From Podospora anserina (Eukaryota), in contig CM030336.1 of the NCBI GenBank assembly GCA_017654855.1, forward strand, positions 1,364,001 to 1,428,000: a stretch of 64,000 bases of DNA, read 5' to 3'. The notes beneath the pieces are model-generated. The model saw nothing but the letters and a program-made list of their open reading frames with translations, did no database searches and had not been told where the DNA came from. Below, one piece after another: positions 36,548 to 49,602 of this stretch (within the stretch, counting starts at the first letter, position 1; each line of letters starts with the position of its first letter). A program made the translations under genes and the position numbers.

Positions 36548-39500
36548 CAACGTTCCCCCTTTTAGGCCGAAGTCCCGTCGGCTTAACCTATTTTTTTACG
36601 TTTATTAACGTTTATAAATTCTTTCTTTTTTTCTTTATTTATTATACTTTATTATATTTAATTACGTAAATAAAACGCGACCCGATATTAAACTTTCGTA
36701 CTCGAAAACTATAAATTATAATAAATTATTTATTATTATTTTACGGTTTATTATTATTATAAAATATATTTATTTTTTTTACGAAAAGCGTAGCTTTTCC
36801 TATAAGATTTCTCTTTCCGTTTCCGATCGTTATATTTCCTATATATAATATAATTAATCTTTCTATAACGTTTATAGGTTATCCGTTTAATAATTCCGTA
36901 AAGTTATTTTTTAATATAATTAATTAAAGACGGAAATAGTAAAGGCCGAGTCCTAACGTACGGCTTTAAATTAAAAAATTAATTACTTACGTTTATAAAA
37001 ACGAATATAGTTTAAATAAATAATTATAGCTATCTTTTATAGCTTTAATAGTATAAAAAAGCTAGAGCGTATTAAGTAGGAGGAAGTTGCGCTAGCTATA
37101 TAGTTTGTTTCGCCGCTTAGCGACGCTCCTCTTCCTCTTCCTTTAGCCCCCGCCTCTCTAGATCCCCGGGGCCGTCTTACAGTAAAGTCTTTTAATATCC
37201 TACCTTCCGACTTTTCTTTCTTAAGTCCTACCTTAGGTTTCGATTAATTATTTAACTTCTCTTTAGATCCGGGTGTAGCCGGTCTTTCCTTTTTAGCCGC
37301 CTAAAATACTACCATCGGCGCGTTTTTCCCTCCTTAAAATAATTAAAATACGTAATATTACTTATATTTAATCCCCTTTATACTTTTTAACCTTATAGTA
37401 TAGTATATAGTATATCGGCTATTACGTTAAAAGCGTAGGTTCGATTTTTACCGAAGTTCTTTTATATTTAAGTTTATAAATATCTTTCTGTAATTTAAAT
37501 ATAAATCTTTTTATTATTTAAATTTTAATCGGTCCGGGTATTATTAATAAAATATTTTTTATTTATTTAAGTAATTAAAATATATTTTTAGTTTTTATAA
37601 ATTATTTATAATTAAATATTTTAATTAACTTTTATTAAACCGTAAATTTAATATTTTTTTTATATTATACTTTTTTTTTTATCCTTCGCTATTACTTATA
37701 TATTAATTTTATTTATTAGTAATATAAGTTTTAAAAGTAAAATATAAAAAGTATATAACCGTAAACGTATTATATTAAATAAGTTTAGTTTAAATATTAT
37801 TTCCGATATTTTTTTTTTAATTTTAAACGGGCTTACTTTCCTATAGTCTAGCTTTTTATTAAATCTTTTAATACGTAAATTATATATAGAAAGGAATATT
37901 ATATTTCCCCTTTTAAAGTAAGGTCCTTTAAACTTTTTAATATTATAGTATTTCCGTATCCTTTCCTTTATAAACTTTAGTTTTTATTTAAATTTATTAT
38001 AAAATATATATAATTTATTTACTTTAACCCTAGCCTTAGGTACTTTAACGTTAGGTCCCTACCGTAAATTTATTTTATATTTAAAGTTTATAAAAAACAG
38101 TATAACTTTAATCGTTTTAATTAATAATATATTATATATTAATTATACTATAAGTAATAATTTAATTTAATTATTTTACTCGAAATTAATATAATTCTAT
38201 AGGTACTATTTTACGATTTAATTAAGTTATTCCGTTTAACCGTCCGTTTAAAAATAATAAACCGATAATACTTTACTTATTATCCCGAGTTTCGTTATTA
38301 ACGTTCTTTAAAATTTTAATATAAATTTAATATTATAATCTATAATAAACTTTTTTAATTATATATATATTAATATAATATACCGTAGTATTATATTTAT
38401 TAATTACTTTACTAACTAAGTTTCTTTATAAAATAAAAAATATATTTACTTAATAAGCCTATCGATTACCGTTAATATATTATTATACTTAATACCGGTT
38501 ATTATATTTATAAAGTTTATATTTCGTAACCCTCGTTTTTTTATATATATAATATAATTAAATAATTTTTTTAACGTTATCCTTAATCTTTAATTAATTA
38601 AAATACTATTTAATCTTTTTTATAATCTTTATAATACTTATATATCCTCCGAATTTCGACCCGTAAATATTTATTACTAATACTATTTTATTACTTAACT
38701 TTATATATATTCGATTTTTATATTATAATCTTCTTTAATTATTTTTTTAAATATTTTATAACTTTAACTTTTCCTATTAATATTATTTTATAATATTACT
38801 ACTTAACTTCCTTTAATATTTATTAAAAATAATCTTTTTATAATATATTATATAATACTTTATTTACGGCTATAATAAGTATTTAAAAGTATCGTTTAGC
38901 GCTTCCTTAAATAATAATAATAACTCTTTAGGTATATCCTTATAGTAATCGATACGCTTATTAAATATATTTACTTTAGTATTTTCCGAACCCTTTTTAT
39001 AATTAATTTAAAAATTAAATTTCGAAAAAAACTTTAATTATCGCGTCTACTATATATTAAAGACCTTCGTAATAGTAAAATATTATAGGTTTTTATAATC
39101 TATATAGATTTATACTTCGTAATTAATATTATTAAAGTAAAACCTTTATTCCTCGAACGCTTCGATAATAACGAATAGCTTTTTATTATAAATTAAATAG
39201 TTTTAATATACCCCTTTTAGCTTTTTCAAAAAAAAAGTTATTAAATATAATTTTTTATTATTATTTTACTATCCCAATTATCTACTAATCATATAGTTTA
39301 ATATATTTGCCTCGACCTTAAACGGTCGATTAAAATTTAGTAATTTAAATACTAAATCTTTTAAAATAGTTTCTTTTAGCTCCTAAAAAGCTTATTCCTT
39401 TTCTTATCCCTACCGGAACTCTATATCCTTTTTAATTAAATAATTAAGTAATTACGCGATACTTATATATTTACGGATAAATATCTAGTAAAAGTTTATA

Positions 39501-42500
39501 AACCTTAAAAGTTTTTTAATATATATTTATAATTATAATATAAATTAATTTTTAATTACTATAATTTTTTTAAATTTTATACAAACTTTACTTAATAATA
39601 TTAAATATTTTAAATATATTATTTTTTATACATAAAACTTACTTTTTTCCTTATTAATTAAAAGTTTAATTCTGTATAGCGCGTTAAATATTTTTTATAT
39701 ATATCGTTTATATTTTTTTAAAATATATAAATAAATAAAAATATTATTAAAATAATATATTATTATTTTATTAAAGTATTTCCGGATCGTATAATTAATA
39801 AAAGATTAAAATATTATAGGTATATTAATTAATTTAAATAATATTATGAAATATTTAAAATAATTATAAAGTATATAAAACGTTATTTTTTATTTATCCC
39901 TTTCTTTAATTTATATATAAACGTACCCGATAAGTATATTTAAATATATAAAATATTATACCTTTATTAATTAATTTTATTATTTAATTAATAATAATTT
40001 ATATATAATCGTAAATTATTATTTTTCTTCGGTATAAAAAATACGGAGTATCCTATTAACGATATAGATTCCCTAATATATCCTTTTTTTAAATTCTCGT
40101 TTAAATATTTTTATAATTCCTTACTTTATTTATTATTAATATAATAAACTTTAAATAACCGTAATTTAATTTTTTTTTTAATTTAATTTTATAGTTTTAC
40201 GGTCCTCGCTCTAAAAGTCCCTCTAAATACTTAACCGTAAAAGCTAAATATCCTTAATATTTTATTAGTACTATTTTTTTTTTTTTTATATAATTATAAT
40301 AAATATATTTATTAACCTTTAATATCTTTATTAATATTATTAATTTTATTTCTTTAATTTTATTATTTATATTAATAAAGTATATTATTATTTCTTAAAC
40401 TCTTTACGGTAGTACCGTAGAGGGTATTTATCTTATACTTTACTCTATATATATACTTAATTTTCTATTATTAATTAAATACTTTTAAAGTTTTTTTAAT
40501 TATATATAACTACTATCCCTCTAATTAATATTTAAATTATAATTTTTATATTATAATTACTTTAAAATTATATTTTTCGAGGGTCTTATATTTATAATAT
40601 TAAATATAATTAAAATTATTTTTTTTTTAACTATAATATTTAAAAATATATTTTTCTATAAACTTTTTACGTCGGAAATAGTTTTTATATAACGATCTAT
40701 TCCTTTTTTTTTTTTATAGTATACGAGTTTAGTATACGAATTATAATAAAATTAAATTCGTTTTTATATCGCTATTTATTAATATTATTACTTAAATATT
40801 TTTCTAATATATTATAATGTAGAGGCGTTTATTTTTTTTACTTCCTTTTTATATAATAACGATTTTATTAACGAGTACCGGGTCGTTATTCTATATCTTT
40901 ACTTTACGCCGATATTTCCGAAAATACTATTTATAATCTATTAAAGATTACCGGCCCCCGCGAAAAGCCGTAAATCGTTTCTTAAATAATTATATCGTTT
41001 AAAAATATTTTTTTACGCCAGGTTATTTAATAATATAAAGTTTTTTAATTATACCCGTTTAACTTCCTTCTATTTTCTGTCTTTTACGTATTTAATATTT
41101 TCCTGTATATATATTTAATAATAGTTCTTTTATTTAATTATTTACTAAAATACTTTTATTTAATAATATTGTTTAACCTTTTTTTATAAATATAATATAT
41201 AATTTAGATTTAGGTATTAATTTAATATTATTTTTTTTAAAAAATATATATTATTATTTATATTTTAATTATTTACGTATTTAATATAGTATTTTATATA
41301 TTTTAATACGAATTTACGTATTAATTAATAACCGTATAGCGATTTACTTTAATAATACTTTATATATCTGTATATAATATATTAGAATTAAAATATTTTC
41401 CGATATTCCGGATATTTAAAATAAAATTATATTATATTTTTTTTATAAAGTATATATTATATAAATATAAATATATTTTTTAATAATTTTACGATTTTAA
41501 TATTAATAACCTTTTTACTTTTTTAATATTTTTTTTAATATTTATATATAAATTTTATAAATAATAATATTTTTTACGAAATAACTATCCTACGTTTACC
41601 GTATTACTTTTTTAATATTATTTATATAGTAAATCCTTTTTACTATATAACGTTATTATCTTTAACGACTTCCGTAACGATTTCTATAGTAATTTATACT
41701 AATCGATTTTAAAATATTAATATTTAAAAGTCTTTTTCTTTATACTCCGCCTTTAGCTTTTTTATTACTTTCCGTAGCTCTTAGAACTCTACTTTTTTTT
41801 ATTCGGCGTATTAATTAAAATCTTTCTCGAAATTTATTACTTTACTTTATTAATACCCGATAGTTATAACTTTTATAACCCTCGGTTCCTTTAATATAAT
41901 AATTATTATAATAAATTTTTTTTTTATTTAAGTTACTTAGGTACCCGGTAATTCTTTTTAAAGTATTTTATTTTACTATAATTAAAATATTTATAGTTAT
42001 CTTTATTTTAGCCTTAATTTTACGGCTTTTATTATTATATAGTATCGATATTTATAAATCCTAAGTATATAGTACCGGAGTAATTAGTAATTAAGTATTA
42101 TTATTTACGTTTATCGTTAGAGTAGTAATTTCTGTAATAACCCCGATTATTATAATTTTTCTTTTCCGTATAATATTAAAATTATTTATTATCGATCCGT
42201 ATAGCTATAATAATATATTTATTAATAATATTAGGCCTCTCTTCCCTATATAACTCGTCTTTTACTTTTTCTTTAAAATTATTTTAAAAAATTTATATTA
42301 ATTTTTTATCGTTAATTTTATTATATAGATTATTAATTTTAAATTAAATAATATATTTTATTACCGAACGTATTTACTATAGGTTTGTAAATCTTTTTTA
42401 TACGTATTTATTTTTATTATATTCTTTAAATACTTTTTTAAACTTTATTTCGAAGGCTCGATAACTCCGAAAATATTAAATAATAATTTCTTTTTAATCC

Positions 42501-42958
42501 TCCGCTATTACTTTATAATAATCGTTAAAAATAAATTTAAATTAAATAAAAATTTTATTTTTAAACCGGGTAATTACGTATATTATTTTCGACTTCTTTA
42601 TATTAAATTATTTCGGGTAATAATAAAAGTAAATTTTAAACTAAATTAAAAAACCTTTAAACTTTACCTTTCCGCTTTTATAGCGGTCCGATACTAGAAA
42701 TTTAGTTACGTACGTGGGCCTAGCCGCCGAGAGAGTAAGAACCTACTCCCTAATTTACTAAGCTTCGGCTTTAAATTCTTTAACGCGATTAATAAGTTAT
42801 TAAGCTATAGTAATTTTAGATTTAGCGTTTACCGTAAAAAGTCCTTCGATAGTTAGGTTAAGCGGGACGTTTCCTATTTAAACGTTTTCGGATTAAATTA
42901 TAATAATAAAAAAACGCTTTTAATTTATTTATAATAGAATTAAAATAAATATATAACG

Positions 42959-43342
42959 TATAACGAACCCCTATATAGAACCTCTAAAAGGGATATTAGT
43001 TAAAGGTAACTTCTAATAATTAATTCGGTGTAGTTAAATAGTATATAATAAAATATCTTAATATAAATACTAAATACCGTAAATATAAGCTTAAATTATA
43101 TATTACGGAACTATTTATTTATACTAGCTAGTTCCTCCGTATATATAGACCCTGTGCCAAGCCTAGCACTGTCCTGGATCGATTGACTCGACCATCGATC
43201 CTATCGATACTGTCCCTTTTGGGATTGACTCTTCTGGATCGATCCTCGATCCTAATGATCCTGCTCTAATTGGTCCTCGCTCCTGTACTAATAATTGGCC
43301 CGTGGTGCGCCCCGCGCCCCACCAAAGTGTCAAGCCGTGACA
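42959..43342 (-). repeat. 5' LTR of the Gypsy element
   Basis: Direct repeat of 36164-36547. Confidence 0.93.
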
Positions 43343-43369
43343 CAGTCCCAGCTCCAAGAGTCTGTTCTA

Positions 43370-44050
43370 AGACTCGATTCTAGCATTAAATCTAGAAATC
43401 CGAGCTTTATACTCACTGGATATATAATAATCTTAGCTTTTACAGTTAGTGATAAAACTTAATCCAAGGTTTAAATCCAGAAATCTCAGCTTATTGTTGA
43501 CTTTAGATCTAGTAATCTAAACTTTCACAGTCTATTTAAAAGACGATTCTAGGTAGCTTTAAATCCAGAAACTCCAGCCTTCATTCCCTACTCAAAGGAA
43601 AATCTGTGAGAGGCAACGAACGTGAGGGCAAACTGGTGAAATTAGTGATGCATGGAAATAAAGGAAGTAAAAGGCAATTGGCCCAGCCCAAAGGTAAAGA
43701 AGACCTATGAGCAAGACAGTGGGCTAGTGTCGACGCTCAAGAATCTCTTTGACTTTGTGCTTTAGCTTTACACACTACGCAGCGCTACAAATACGCGATT
43801 CTAGCACTAGCTTTATATATCTTAATTAAGCCATTAGTCTGAACACTTGAAGGTGCTTATCCCAGCTAATACTGACTTTTGACCTAGTAATTTAAGCTTC
43901 ACAGTCTATTTTAAAACCAAACCCCATCCTTGAATCGAAAGGTCCTAGCATTTAGTCTTTGCTTAAGCCAAAGTCTCTTTAACTTTATACTTAAGTTTTC
44001 CAGACCACCTAGCTCCAAAGATATATAGTTCTAGCACTAGCTTTGGATAT
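43370..44050. repeat. Degenerate AT-rich direct repeats
   Basis: Recurring AAATC(C/T)AGAAA..CAGCTT. CTAGTAAT..AA.CTT.CACAGTCTATTT occurs at about 43509 and 43884, and TCTCTTT.ACTTT...TTCTAGCACTAGCTTT at about 43744 and 43974. Confidence 0.6.
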
Positions 44051-44055
44051 ATTAG

Positions 44056-45822
44056 TTAAAACATAGCATCCCCCTTTTCGTAAAACCCAAACGGCACCGG
44101 ACTCCTCGCCCACCTCGGCTGCACTTCCTCCCTGATTCCCCCCCCTTCAAACCGCACCACAGGCCTCAAAATACCCAACCCCCTCCCCCCAAACGCACTC
44201 TCCCTCCATCGTTCCCACCACTCCCCCTCCTCCCTCAAATACCCTCTCATCACCCCATCCCCTTCCCACCCCTCCCACGTCATCCTCAACAATTCCAACA
44301 CATGATTCTCCCCCCTCATCACTCCCCAGTTAAACCTCTCCTTGCATCTCTCCACCACATGCCGAGGATACAAACCCACCTCCTTATCCAAAAAAAACGT
44401 ATCAACTCTAACCAAACTCCCCCTCACAATCCAGCTCTTCCCCTCTCTCGCCCGATTCAACAACCCCATCATCGCCCCTACAGCACAGACAAGCCCACAA
44501 GTCATATCGCTAACCGGCAAACTAGGCAAGACCGGCTCCCCATCAGCCAACTCGTAACCCCTCCCCATGACGTACGCCACACCAGAAGCACAATCAGCCA
44601 TCTGCTGCCACCCGGGCCTACTAGCATACACCCCAGCAGGACCGAAGCAATTCTCCGTCACGTACACCACTCCCTTGTTCCGTTTGACAGCCATGGACAG
44701 GATATCGTGTTGGGAAAGACCGTATTTATCTAACGCACTGGGACGGAACCCCTGAATAAAAACATCCGCTTCGGCTAACGACTCCTGAAGCTTATCCCTG
44801 TCGGTGGGATCTCGAAGATCAAGGCAGGTGGTGATCTTGCCGGCTGTGAGACTGAGCTGAAGAACAGACATATCCGGCAGATGGGGGGCGTTGATTTTGA
44901 TGACTGTTGCCCCTAACGACGCAAGGATGGAGGAGGCTACCGGGGCGGCGATGATGCGGGCTAGCTCGAGGACTTTTACCCCTGACAGGGGAAGGGGGTT
45001 GGTCGTGTTGAGAGCTGGGAAGGGGGTAGGTGGTAAGGGGACGGAGTGGGAGGGTGGGGGGATGATATCGATTAGCGGGTGCTTAGCCAGGGACTTTCCC
45101 ATCGAGGTGGCGGACCAAGAGGCAGGAGTATGGCACTTTGTCCCGCAGTGACCGGCCGAGAGATTAAGGCACTCCATTTCGGCGGGTGACATCTTTGTTG
45201 TTTTCTTGCGGAGGTAAGCCGCTGCCTCGTCGACGGTTGTGATCGATGCTTCAGGAAAGGGGTCAATGCCGAGGTTACGAAGCATGGGTTCTGGATTGAG
45301 GGATCCATGGAGGCTATACCACTGCCCAGGTATCTTGGTGGGATAGATACCCGTTGCTCTCAGCTTGAGCAGGGGGTTTAAATTGGGATCAAGACCTCTT
45401 TGTTGCCAATCCGGAACCAGCTCACCGAACCTCTTCTTATCTCGAATCAAGGATATAATCGGCTCGTGGTCGAGGTAAACCGCCGCCACACCTCCAAGCC
45501 AGAGGGCTGTATGTGTTGTGTTGATGACCACCTTCCTGGTAGGACTAGGCAACCCTCGGAGCGTTAGAATCTCATCGGCCAAGATACCGGTCATGGCATG
45601 GAGTGCTGCTGCAACAGGCGTAGACTTGACAGGGCCCGGGATCACAGGCTCGGCCTCGCCTTCAAACATAACTTTTGACAGGACGCCCTCATTGTCTGTG
45701 AAGCCGGGGGTTTGTGCTGCCAAGACCCGGAGTATTCGGTGCGCATCCGTCAGTATCGGGACAAGTTCTCGGTCGGTAAGGGTCCCGGGGCCGTAGACGT
45801 CTGGAAGCCTTGGTTCTGCCAT
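44056..45822 (-). CDS. CoA-transferase family III (CaiB/BaiF) protein
   Basis: 588-aa ORF with PLSGVKVLELARIIAAP, LASLGATVI, ADVFIQGFRP, RPGWQQMADCASG and PSLPVSDMTCG. Confidence 0.93.
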   Translation of the reverse strand: MAEPRLPDVYGPGTLTDRELVPILTDAHRILRVLAAQTPGFTDNEGVLSKVMFEGEAEPVIPGPVKSTPVAAALHAMTGILADEILTLRGLPSPTRKVVINTTHTALWLGGVAAVYLDHEPIISLIRDKKRFGELVPDWQQRGLDPNLNPLLKLRATGIYPTKIPGQWYSLHGSLNPEPMLRNLGIDPFPEASITTVDEAAAYLRKKTTKMSPAEMECLNLSAGHCGTKCHTPASWSATSMGKSLAKHPLIDIIPPPSHSVPLPPTPFPALNTTNPLPLSGVKVLELARIIAAPVASSILASLGATVIKINAPHLPDMSVLQLSLTAGKITTCLDLRDPTDRDKLQESLAEADVFIQGFRPSALDKYGLSQHDILSMAVKRNKGVVYVTENCFGPAGVYASRPGWQQMADCASGVAYVMGRGYELADGEPVLPSLPVSDMTCGLVCAVGAMMGLLNRAREGKSWIVRGSLVRVDTFFLDKEVGLYPRHVVERCKERFNWGVMRGENHVLELLRMTWEGWEGDGVMRGYLREEGEWWERWRESAFGGRGLGILRPVVRFEGGGIREEVQPRWARSPVPFGFYEKGDAMF

Positions 45823-48800
45823 TCTGTATGTTAGCGCTCAAGATACAGTCTTACAGATGCGATGGTATTCTTGCTTGATCATCCTTACCCTGTAAGAGCA
45901 GTTATTCTTGAGTGTCTGTGTTTCGGCGCTAGACACTACAATAGCCGAGCAATCCGGTTGATATGAATAGCCTGAAGTACTGATAACCGTCATGAAGATA
46001 GATCAGAAAAGACAGAAACCAACATCTATACCAGGTAGTCAATAGAAACTCCGACCCGTCAGCTCAAGTTTTATGTACTGATGCTGCATTTGTGACAATG
46101 CGGCCAAGTAAACATGGTCGACCTTCATTGGACAAGTCTACCTAGGATCAACACTATACAGACAACCACCAGAATCGATGTGAAGGACCGCTGGTCAAAT
46201 GTGTGAGAGCTGCGGACAGAAGAAATGCTCGGGAGAGAGTTCACCCGGTCGGAAAAGCCCCGTCATCCAGGGCTCCATCGTGGTACAAATCCCCAGAGAG
46301 CAAGATGAAGGGGCACAGTCTTCGAACTGAAGGCGTCCGACCTACCTGACGTCACAAGACCCTTCTCAAGGCCGTGATACGGTACACGCCTCATGCCAGA
46401 GGGGCGAAATTCTCCCGATCTGACGAGCTGCCCGGCCTGAGGTGTTTCCGAGGCGTCATGTCTCGACTTGATGTAGGACAAGATGTGCTAAAACCACTCG
46501 ATCTGGACATTCAGCTCCCAATGCGATCATGGCAAACTCAAGCCGGCTTCCTGATACCATTGCTGAGGCGATGGCAGGGGGCTCGATGAGGCAAGCATTC
46601 CATATGACTCTTGGCGTAGAACACCAGGACCCTGAAACCCTGGATGGGGTCGTGGTTACGCAGGGACAATGGTGGGCATTGTGAGCACCATAGACCCTTC
46701 AAGAAGAACAAAAAATAGATATTAAGGCGCACTCGCGCCAACGAATCTGGTGGGACAGCCTACCACGCCTGTGCCACGGGGTCCTGTAGGCGAAATACGC
46801 CTATGAATTCTCTAGCGACCGTTTAGTTCCCACTCTCTGGACATGAAGAGACAGGGGCATGGGCAGCCAAATCCACTACCACCGTAGTTCGGCCGTTGTG
46901 GCTGTCAGCAGGAGTCCAGGTCACCACTAGCATCTGGTGGACGTCAACCCCCTTGCTTAGATGCTGCTGTGCTCCCAATGGAGCCCCACAGAGGCTGCAA
47001 TTTCCGTTGGCGGAGCATAGTCTCCTTGGCCATCGTGACGCGGTTGCGGTGGTCGTAATGCAGGATGTGTTCATCTCTTGGTGTCGAAAACGATTGACAT
47101 TATGAAGCCACCGGCCAAGTGCACTATTGCCTCGTAAATTGCCATTCGCTCTGACTAGACCGCCAACAGGACAGATGACTGCGGTGATCGGTCAGGGTTG
47201 TCTTCATGCCAAGAGATATAGCATCCAGTTTGAGCAGCTTGAAGGATCGTGATGCCTCTTGGCAGCGGCGATGCGCCCAGTGGATGATGAGTTGTCGAAG
47301 GCCAAAAGGGATGGCTGCGCTCACACCGGGATGAGGCACAAAGGGGCTGGCCACCCAGTGATACCACCTTATCTTTCCAACAGACCCAAAACGAGCAGAA
47401 GGCGTACCTCCTCATGAGACATCCCACGAAGGACACAGGCATCGCGGAATGCCAAGCGTCTTGATCAACAGTTGTAACCGCTTGGCAGGTTCAAATGCCG
47501 GTAGATAAGGCTTGGCACCAACATCACCATTGTATGTAACATTTGACCAGTTCTGCTGATGTGTTGACGTGGGAATGACGGTGTGCAAGAGACGTTGCAG
47601 TAGTTGGAGGGACCAAAGGTGCGCCATCGGAGACGGTTCCTGCAGGGCCAGCGCCGTGGACGGCGGGAAGGCAGAAGAATAAGGCCGGCCGATGCAGACG
47701 CAGACGGGCGCGCGACCGTCGGACGGCAAGGCAAGGCAAGGCTCGGGCAGGACGGGTACCGATGGGCACGTTGGATCGGGTCATACGTGCCTATGGCGGC
47801 ATCGGTGGAATCTGATGTGGAAGTGGGTGGCAGCGGGTGGCCTTCGCACGACGGGACGACGGGCTTGGCAGCGGATTGTGTCTGAGGATTTGAGTGAGAC
47901 TGTGAGAGTCTAGGCTACTGATGTGTCTGTGGTTGTGAGCCTCGCCAAGGCCTCCGTGTTGCGCAAAATGATAGCAGCCCATGCCCGGCAGCAGCGAAAT
48001 TCGGTGTCGCAAACTGAGAGATTGCATGTTCGGGGCTGGGACATGCGGACAGGAGACAGGTGCCAAGCTGCCATAACGCGCGGACTGGTCGTGATGCAGC
48101 ATGTTGTGGAAGATCGATGATGCTCCGCCCGGGCTGGTTGCGTACGTTGAATGAAGCAATCTTGAAGCGGTGGGATATTGATGTTGGCAGTGGATAGGCC
48201 ATGGGATGGTTCAAGGCCTTGGTGGGTGGCTGTTAAGCAGCAAGCCACAAACGGGTCTTGGGGGGTAACGCGTGGCGCTTAACCGAATCGGGCCGCCATC
48301 AGATGCCAAGGGAGATCTTCATCGAGGATGAACAGCTTGGCAAGGCCTTGGCATATACGCCAAGACTGGTGTTGTCACGGCAAGCCATCCTCTTGTCGGA
48401 CTTCGTTGACCGTGGAGCAGCAAAGTCTGGTCCAGGAAAAAGCTTGGGTTCATGGCCGGGAATCTGCTGAACGGAAGGTTCCGTCGTGCAACGGACTGCA
48501 CATGCGGTGACCGCCTCATGCAACACTGCCAGTACACTACCTAGGTCCTAGCTCTGTTCTCTGTTCAGCGTGTCCTCCTCTCCAGGCCTTTGGCACTCGC
48601 CATGTGCTGCGTCTGACGTCTTTGTCAGCTGCGAATGGATCATAGACGCCACCAGAGAAGCACAGTAGAAGCATGAGCATCAGCAGAAGCAGCAGCTTGT
48701 GTCGGGAATTTCACGCCCAATCTGATCGACATTGCGACCACTTTTTTATCCATCGGTAAATGGACGCCAAGGCCTAGACTCAATGTGGGGGAGGTACGTA

Positions 48801-49191
48801 CTGAACTGCCACTTGACGATTGCATATAAGACTTCCTCAAGCCCTGCCCCTGCCCTATCTCAACTGTCCAGAATCTCACTGCCATTTCAAGCTTCGTTCA
48901 AATATCCCTCATCCCTCAACCCATGACCCATCCCTTCACCCATCATCCATCAATCACTCATCTTGTCTCTTGCTGCCTGTACACCACCCTCCATCAGCCG
49001 CCGACTGTAGTGTCACCCTTATTCCCAGAGTCTTGAACCAACCAGGCCTGCGGCATTTTCACTGCACCCGAACCACCAACCTGGACTGTCTCACGAATCC
49101 TGAACACCCTCTTTTACAAAATCCCCGCCAGACAGTCCTCCACAACTGTTTTTTTGCAATCCGTATTTCTCATACAACAGCAAACTTCACC

Positions 49192-49602
49192 ATGGGCTCC
49201 GCCATATCCAGATGCAACTCCAACTCTAGGAGCAACAGCCACGGCCACGGCACTGGCCCAGGAATCTCTGAGATGGGCCAGAAGATTTTCGAGAGACAGC
49301 CAAATTGGCTCACCCCACCGTCCAAATGGCGCTCTCACCACTGCTCCCACCAGCCAGTGCGCTATCGCACCCCCACCCCATACCCCAAGGACGACAGGAA
49401 ACGCTGCGACTATACGCTTCTCCACGAAAAGAACATGATCATCGAGACGCCAGTTGCGGACCATATTGAAGTCAAGAAACCCTCCCAGAAGCACCCGGCC
49501 ATGGTGCACTCGCGCCACGGACAACAGTTGCCCCCCAACAGCACCCTCACTATTACCTGGGAAAGCCACCCCCGTCTGAACCGCTTTGAGCGTGCCTCGT
49601 GA
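49192..49602 (+). CDS. Small hypothetical protein with a possible N-myristoylation start (MGSAIS)
   Basis: Good start context (CACCATGG), C/A-rich leader and TATA-like CATATAAG at about 48823. 136 aa, no recognisable domain. Confidence 0.45.
   Translation: MGSAISRCNSNSRSNSHGHGTGPGISEMGQKIFERQPNWLTPPSKWRSHHCSHQPVRYRTPTPYPKDDRKRCDYTLLHEKNMIIETPVADHIEVKKPSQKHPAMVHSRHGQQLPPNSTLTITWESHPRLNRFERAS

Larger units (their letters stand above)
36164..43342 (-). mobile_element. Full-length RIP-inactivated Ty3/Gypsy LTR retrotransposon (7179 bp)
   Basis: 384-bp LTRs at 36164-36547 and 42959-43342, outer ends TG..CA, TSD CAGTC (36159-36163 and 43343-43347), and a minus-strand polypurine tract next to the left LTR. 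Minus-strand RIP relics occur in Gypsy order: gag (about 42650), RT (KITFYILYNYFKYFIILFKLINIP for KTAF..GHFEY.VMPFGLTNAP; YFNNIL for YLDDIL, about 39750-39900), RNase H (NYLIYNKKLFVIIEAF, about 39150) and integrase (*TDG*TE, about 38240). Confidence 0.96.

Noticed and set aside
30270-44050. Possible Starship or Spok meiotic-drive block
   Set aside because: I found no tyrosine-recombinase captain or Spok-like sequence; the island is explained by the Fot1-like element, the solo LTR and the Gypsy element.
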